From a virus (taxonomy: Duplodnaviria; Caudoviricetes), in the IMG/VR virus record IMGVR_UViG_3300037044_000207, positions 1 to 38,614 of that record: DNA of 38,614 bases; one strand, given 5' to 3'. Below the pieces are notes generated by a model. It made no database searches and had not been told where the DNA came from. It was given only the letters and a program-made list of their open reading frames with translations. Shown here piece after piece: positions 36,090-38,614 of the stretch. Every line of letters begins with the position of its first letter. The stretch's first letter is position 1. The position numbers and the translations under genes are program-made.

Positions 36090-36146
36090 TTTCCCAACCG
36101 GGACTCGAACCCGGGACTTTGCAGCCGCCCCATTCCAGCTTGGGAA
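36090..36146 (-). ncRNA. Minimal tRNA-like element (acceptor stem plus T-arm)
   Basis: TTCCCAA/TTGGGAA stem, CCGGG-TTCGAGT-CCCGG T-arm, 25-nt linker containing CTGCAAA. Confidence 0.55.
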
Positions 36147-36169
36147 TCCTGACCACATTCCGATATGTG

Positions 36170-38317
36170 TTACATCATGTCCAGCACCATCCTGGCCACA
36201 TCAATCGCTCGCTCCGGGTGCTGTGTTTCCTGGTCTTCATGGCGGTCAGGGAGGTTGAGAAGCACCGGGACTTTTTGCGCTGCGTTCATTTCTTCCAGCA
36301 GCCAATCGGTCTCCGATGCTTCTGCCTCCGCCTTCCTACCGAAACCGTTAAGCAGCAATCCTACTTCGCTGCCCTCGCCACTTTTGGCGAGTAGTTCACC
36401 TTCTCTTTGTGCTTCTATTCGTGTTTGTCTTGCTTTGTCCCTGCCCAGTTGTTTGTAGTCCGCATCTGGCCCGAACACCTGCACCCTCGGCATCAAATCC
36501 ACCTCGCACAGGCACTTTGGATTCATCAATCGTTTGTCATCATCCTCGAAAAGCCATGCCCTGCTCAGGTCTTCCAGGTCGTAAGCCAGCCACACGCTTT
36601 TGTGGTTTTTAACCACCTCATAATCTCTGACCGCGTAGTGATATTCAGCCTTTTGGATTTCGGTCTTTACCATGCTGTTTCGGATGCTGACCTTTTTCAT
36701 CAGGCCGAAAAGCATTGCCTGCTGCCATTCTGTTATCGTTTTCGAGTGGGGTTTTTCGCTGATCTGGTAGAGCTGCTCAGGGCTGTGGGCGATGGTCGAG
36801 TGTTTGCGGCTGTAGGTGCTCAGCACCGTCGTGTTGTATTTGCTTATGCACCACACCGCCTCCTGGGTAGCCGTGTCCATATTCCAGCCGTCGCCTTTTG
36901 CAATCTTCCGGACCGCTTTTATGTATTCTGCGCTGCGATGGGCAGCGGTCCGGCGGCTCTGTATGCCCTCGCCATAGTAGTAGGGAGATTCTTGGAAAAA
37001 CACACTTTGCAGGGTGCCAAACCAGCGTTCGAGCTGTGCCTTTGCAGTTGCGGTGTGTTTGTAGCTGACCTTTACGCCTACCGCTTCCATGCGCGCCTGC
37101 ACCGTGAGCCACTCAGGGGTATTGTGGCCCGGGAATCGGTCAATGGCCACTTCATAAGGCAGGGTTTTGCTCAGCCTTGCCGCCATGGAAAGGGCTTCGA
37201 TGTACATCCAGCGATCTTCCGAGAGGCTGAACGATGCGCCCAGGATCTGGCCCGAATGCACATCGCGGCACACCACCATGTAGAGGAACTTCTCGCGCCC
37301 GTCTTCGCCGATCCAAGGGATGAAGTTTACCCGGGTGCCGTCCAGCTGCCAGCAGTCGTTTGCGAAGATGGCATTGGCTACGGGCGTGTACTCCCGGTAA
37401 ACCTGCCCCAACTTGCCTCGCTCACCGTATCGCCCGGCACTTGTCAGGAACTTGGTGGCTGGCTGGGCCAGCATCTGCGAAAGCCAGGATTCCGAAGGTT
37501 CCCGCTTCCCCGTCAGCGTACACACCTGCCTGATCTTGCGGATGATGTGGGCGTTGGAGAAGTTTTGAGGCATTCCGCGCATCTGGATCACCCAGCTTTC
37601 CACCTCGGGATCATTCAGTTTGCGCGCGTTCTGGTTGTCGGTACGCGGCAGATCAATGACCTCCCAAACTCCCTTTCCTTTTGCCTCTGCTACCTTTTCG
37701 CCCAGTCTGCGCCAGTTTGTAGGCAGGTATCGCACCCCGAGCGTGTCGAGCACTTCACCCACGTCGCGCAACCAGGAGGCGTTGAATCCTTCTTGCTGCC
37801 CCAAGTCAAGTACCGTGTCCAGTGCTGCACATGCGCGGCTCAAATCCTGCATTTGTTGCGAGGTGTAGCCGTAGTAGTGCTGGAGGTACCCGCTTTGAAG
37901 GGTCTCTAATCGGTCTTTAACCAGTCTTTCAAGTTGTTGCAGACGGCCACTTTTGGCCGCTGTTTGTTTTATGGTTTCCAGTTGTTCGAGCCTCGGCAGT
38001 TGGCTTTTGTAACGGGCCGGTGCCTGGTCCGGGATGTTGTCAAAGCAGTAGTAGAAGCGTCCTTTTAGCCTTGCCCATCTCCATGCTTTTCCGGTATCAG
38101 GAAGGGTGTCTTTGTTGCGCTTTGCAGGAGATACCGAGTCGAGGTACAGGTCACGAATTCTAGTGCGCAGATACCCCTCCGTTAATCCCTTCAAGTTTCG
38201 TAACAGTCCCTCCTGGCTAATCCACCACTTCTTGATTGTCTGTCCAGACTTGCGCTCAGCAATACAAATCAGGTCTTCGGGGTCGAAAGCGAAGCGGGTG
38301 TTCGGTGTGTCGTTCAT
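36170..38317 (-). CDS. Mu-like DDE transposase (MuA)
   Basis: CWQLDGT, RDVHSGQILG, PYEVAIDRFPGH, KAQLERWFG; upstream of the MuB-like gene. Confidence 0.92.
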   Translation of the reverse strand: MNDTPNTRFAFDPEDLICIAERKSGQTIKKWWISQEGLLRNLKGLTEGYLRTRIRDLYLDSVSPAKRNKDTLPDTGKAWRWARLKGRFYYCFDNIPDQAPARYKSQLPRLEQLETIKQTAAKSGRLQQLERLVKDRLETLQSGYLQHYYGYTSQQMQDLSRACAALDTVLDLGQQEGFNASWLRDVGEVLDTLGVRYLPTNWRRLGEKVAEAKGKGVWEVIDLPRTDNQNARKLNDPEVESWVIQMRGMPQNFSNAHIIRKIRQVCTLTGKREPSESWLSQMLAQPATKFLTSAGRYGERGKLGQVYREYTPVANAIFANDCWQLDGTRVNFIPWIGEDGREKFLYMVVCRDVHSGQILGASFSLSEDRWMYIEALSMAARLSKTLPYEVAIDRFPGHNTPEWLTVQARMEAVGVKVSYKHTATAKAQLERWFGTLQSVFFQESPYYYGEGIQSRRTAAHRSAEYIKAVRKIAKGDGWNMDTATQEAVWCISKYNTTVLSTYSRKHSTIAHSPEQLYQISEKPHSKTITEWQQAMLFGLMKKVSIRNSMVKTEIQKAEYHYAVRDYEVVKNHKSVWLAYDLEDLSRAWLFEDDDKRLMNPKCLCEVDLMPRVQVFGPDADYKQLGRDKARQTRIEAQREGELLAKSGEGSEVGLLLNGFGRKAEAEASETDWLLEEMNAAQKVPVLLNLPDRHEDQETQHPERAIDVARMVLDMM

Positions 38318-38347
38318 GTCGGAAGCGGTCGTTACTATGAGTTAATT

Positions 38348-38614
38348 TTAGGCGATCGATAAGGCTGCTACTTTGCCAGTAAGTATCTCAGCTTTGCGAT
38401 TGGCTTCTCGTAGCTTGTCAATTCTAAACCTGTTCAAAAAATCTGCGGCCTCTATGAGTAAATCTAAATCTTCGTATTCACCCTTGAAAACCAACCGCAT
38501 CCATTCATCCGTGATCCCCTTCTTCCTACAGAAGGCAGCCATCGCGCCCCTGGTATTTTGGAAATTTTTGTAGAGTTGCTTCCGCGTCTCATTTACATCT
38601 GTAATTTTGCCCAT
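38348..38614 (-). CDS. Small HTH regulator (Ner/Cro-like position)
   Basis: GAMAAFCRKKGITDEWMRLVFKG; directly upstream of the transposase. Confidence 0.65.
   Translation of the reverse strand: MGKITDVNETRKQLYKNFQNTRGAMAAFCRKKGITDEWMRLVFKGEYEDLDLLIEAADFLNRFRIDKLREANRKAEILTGKVAALSIA

Larger units (their letters stand above)
773..38614. mobile_element. Mu-like transposable prophage with contractile tail; right end outside window
   Basis: DDE transposase plus AAA ATPase pair, DUF935-type portal, gp36/gpG/gp37-like genes, MuF, sheath/tube/baseplate genes, no integrase or replicase. Left boundary inferred from where Cas5 similarity stops (TATAATCCGCAAAACC). Confidence 0.92.

Noticed and set aside
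35997-36146. tRNA fragment marking an integrase attachment site
   Set aside because: The elements are internal to the early operon, the phage transposes, and no integrase is present in the window.
36407-37909. 500-aa plus-strand ORF
   Set aside because: Antisense shadow of the DDE transposase; non-ATG start and no motifs.
1-38614. CRISPR-associated Mu transposon (CAST/CasMu-like system)
   Set aside because: cas5 lies outside the inferred phage end and appears interrupted by it. There is no array or other cas gene inside, and the element is a complete virion-encoding phage.

Overview
The window is almost entirely a Mu-like (transposable) contractile-tailed prophage of a Bacteroidota host (TAnnTTTG promoters, AT-rich non-SD leaders, signal peptides cleaved before Gln). 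Its left end is at about 773 and its right end lies beyond the window. It appears to have inserted into the first codons of a type I-B cas5 gene (1-~772). Layout from right to left: an early/transposition region on the minus strand (HTH, MuA-like DDE transposase, MuB-like ATPase, small accessory genes, MazG, second ATPase); a moron and antirepressor cassette; a plus-strand terminase-portal-MuF-endolysin operon; and a divergent minus-strand protease-capsid-sheath-tube-tape measure-baseplate-fibre operon ending in an adenine methyltransferase. The most notable non-obvious signals are: (1) a probable programmed -1 frameshift fusing portal to MuF, which carries a toxin-like C-terminal domain; (2) a self-contained antisense small RNA with an anticodon-like loop where a MuF immunity gene would be expected; (3) tail-fibre-locus proteins with Sec signal peptides, split from their baseplate anchor; (4) two truncated tRNA-like elements behind the transposase; (5) the cas5 disruption with in-frame phage-supplied ATGs. 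All calls come from motif recognition and synteny only; no database searches were run.
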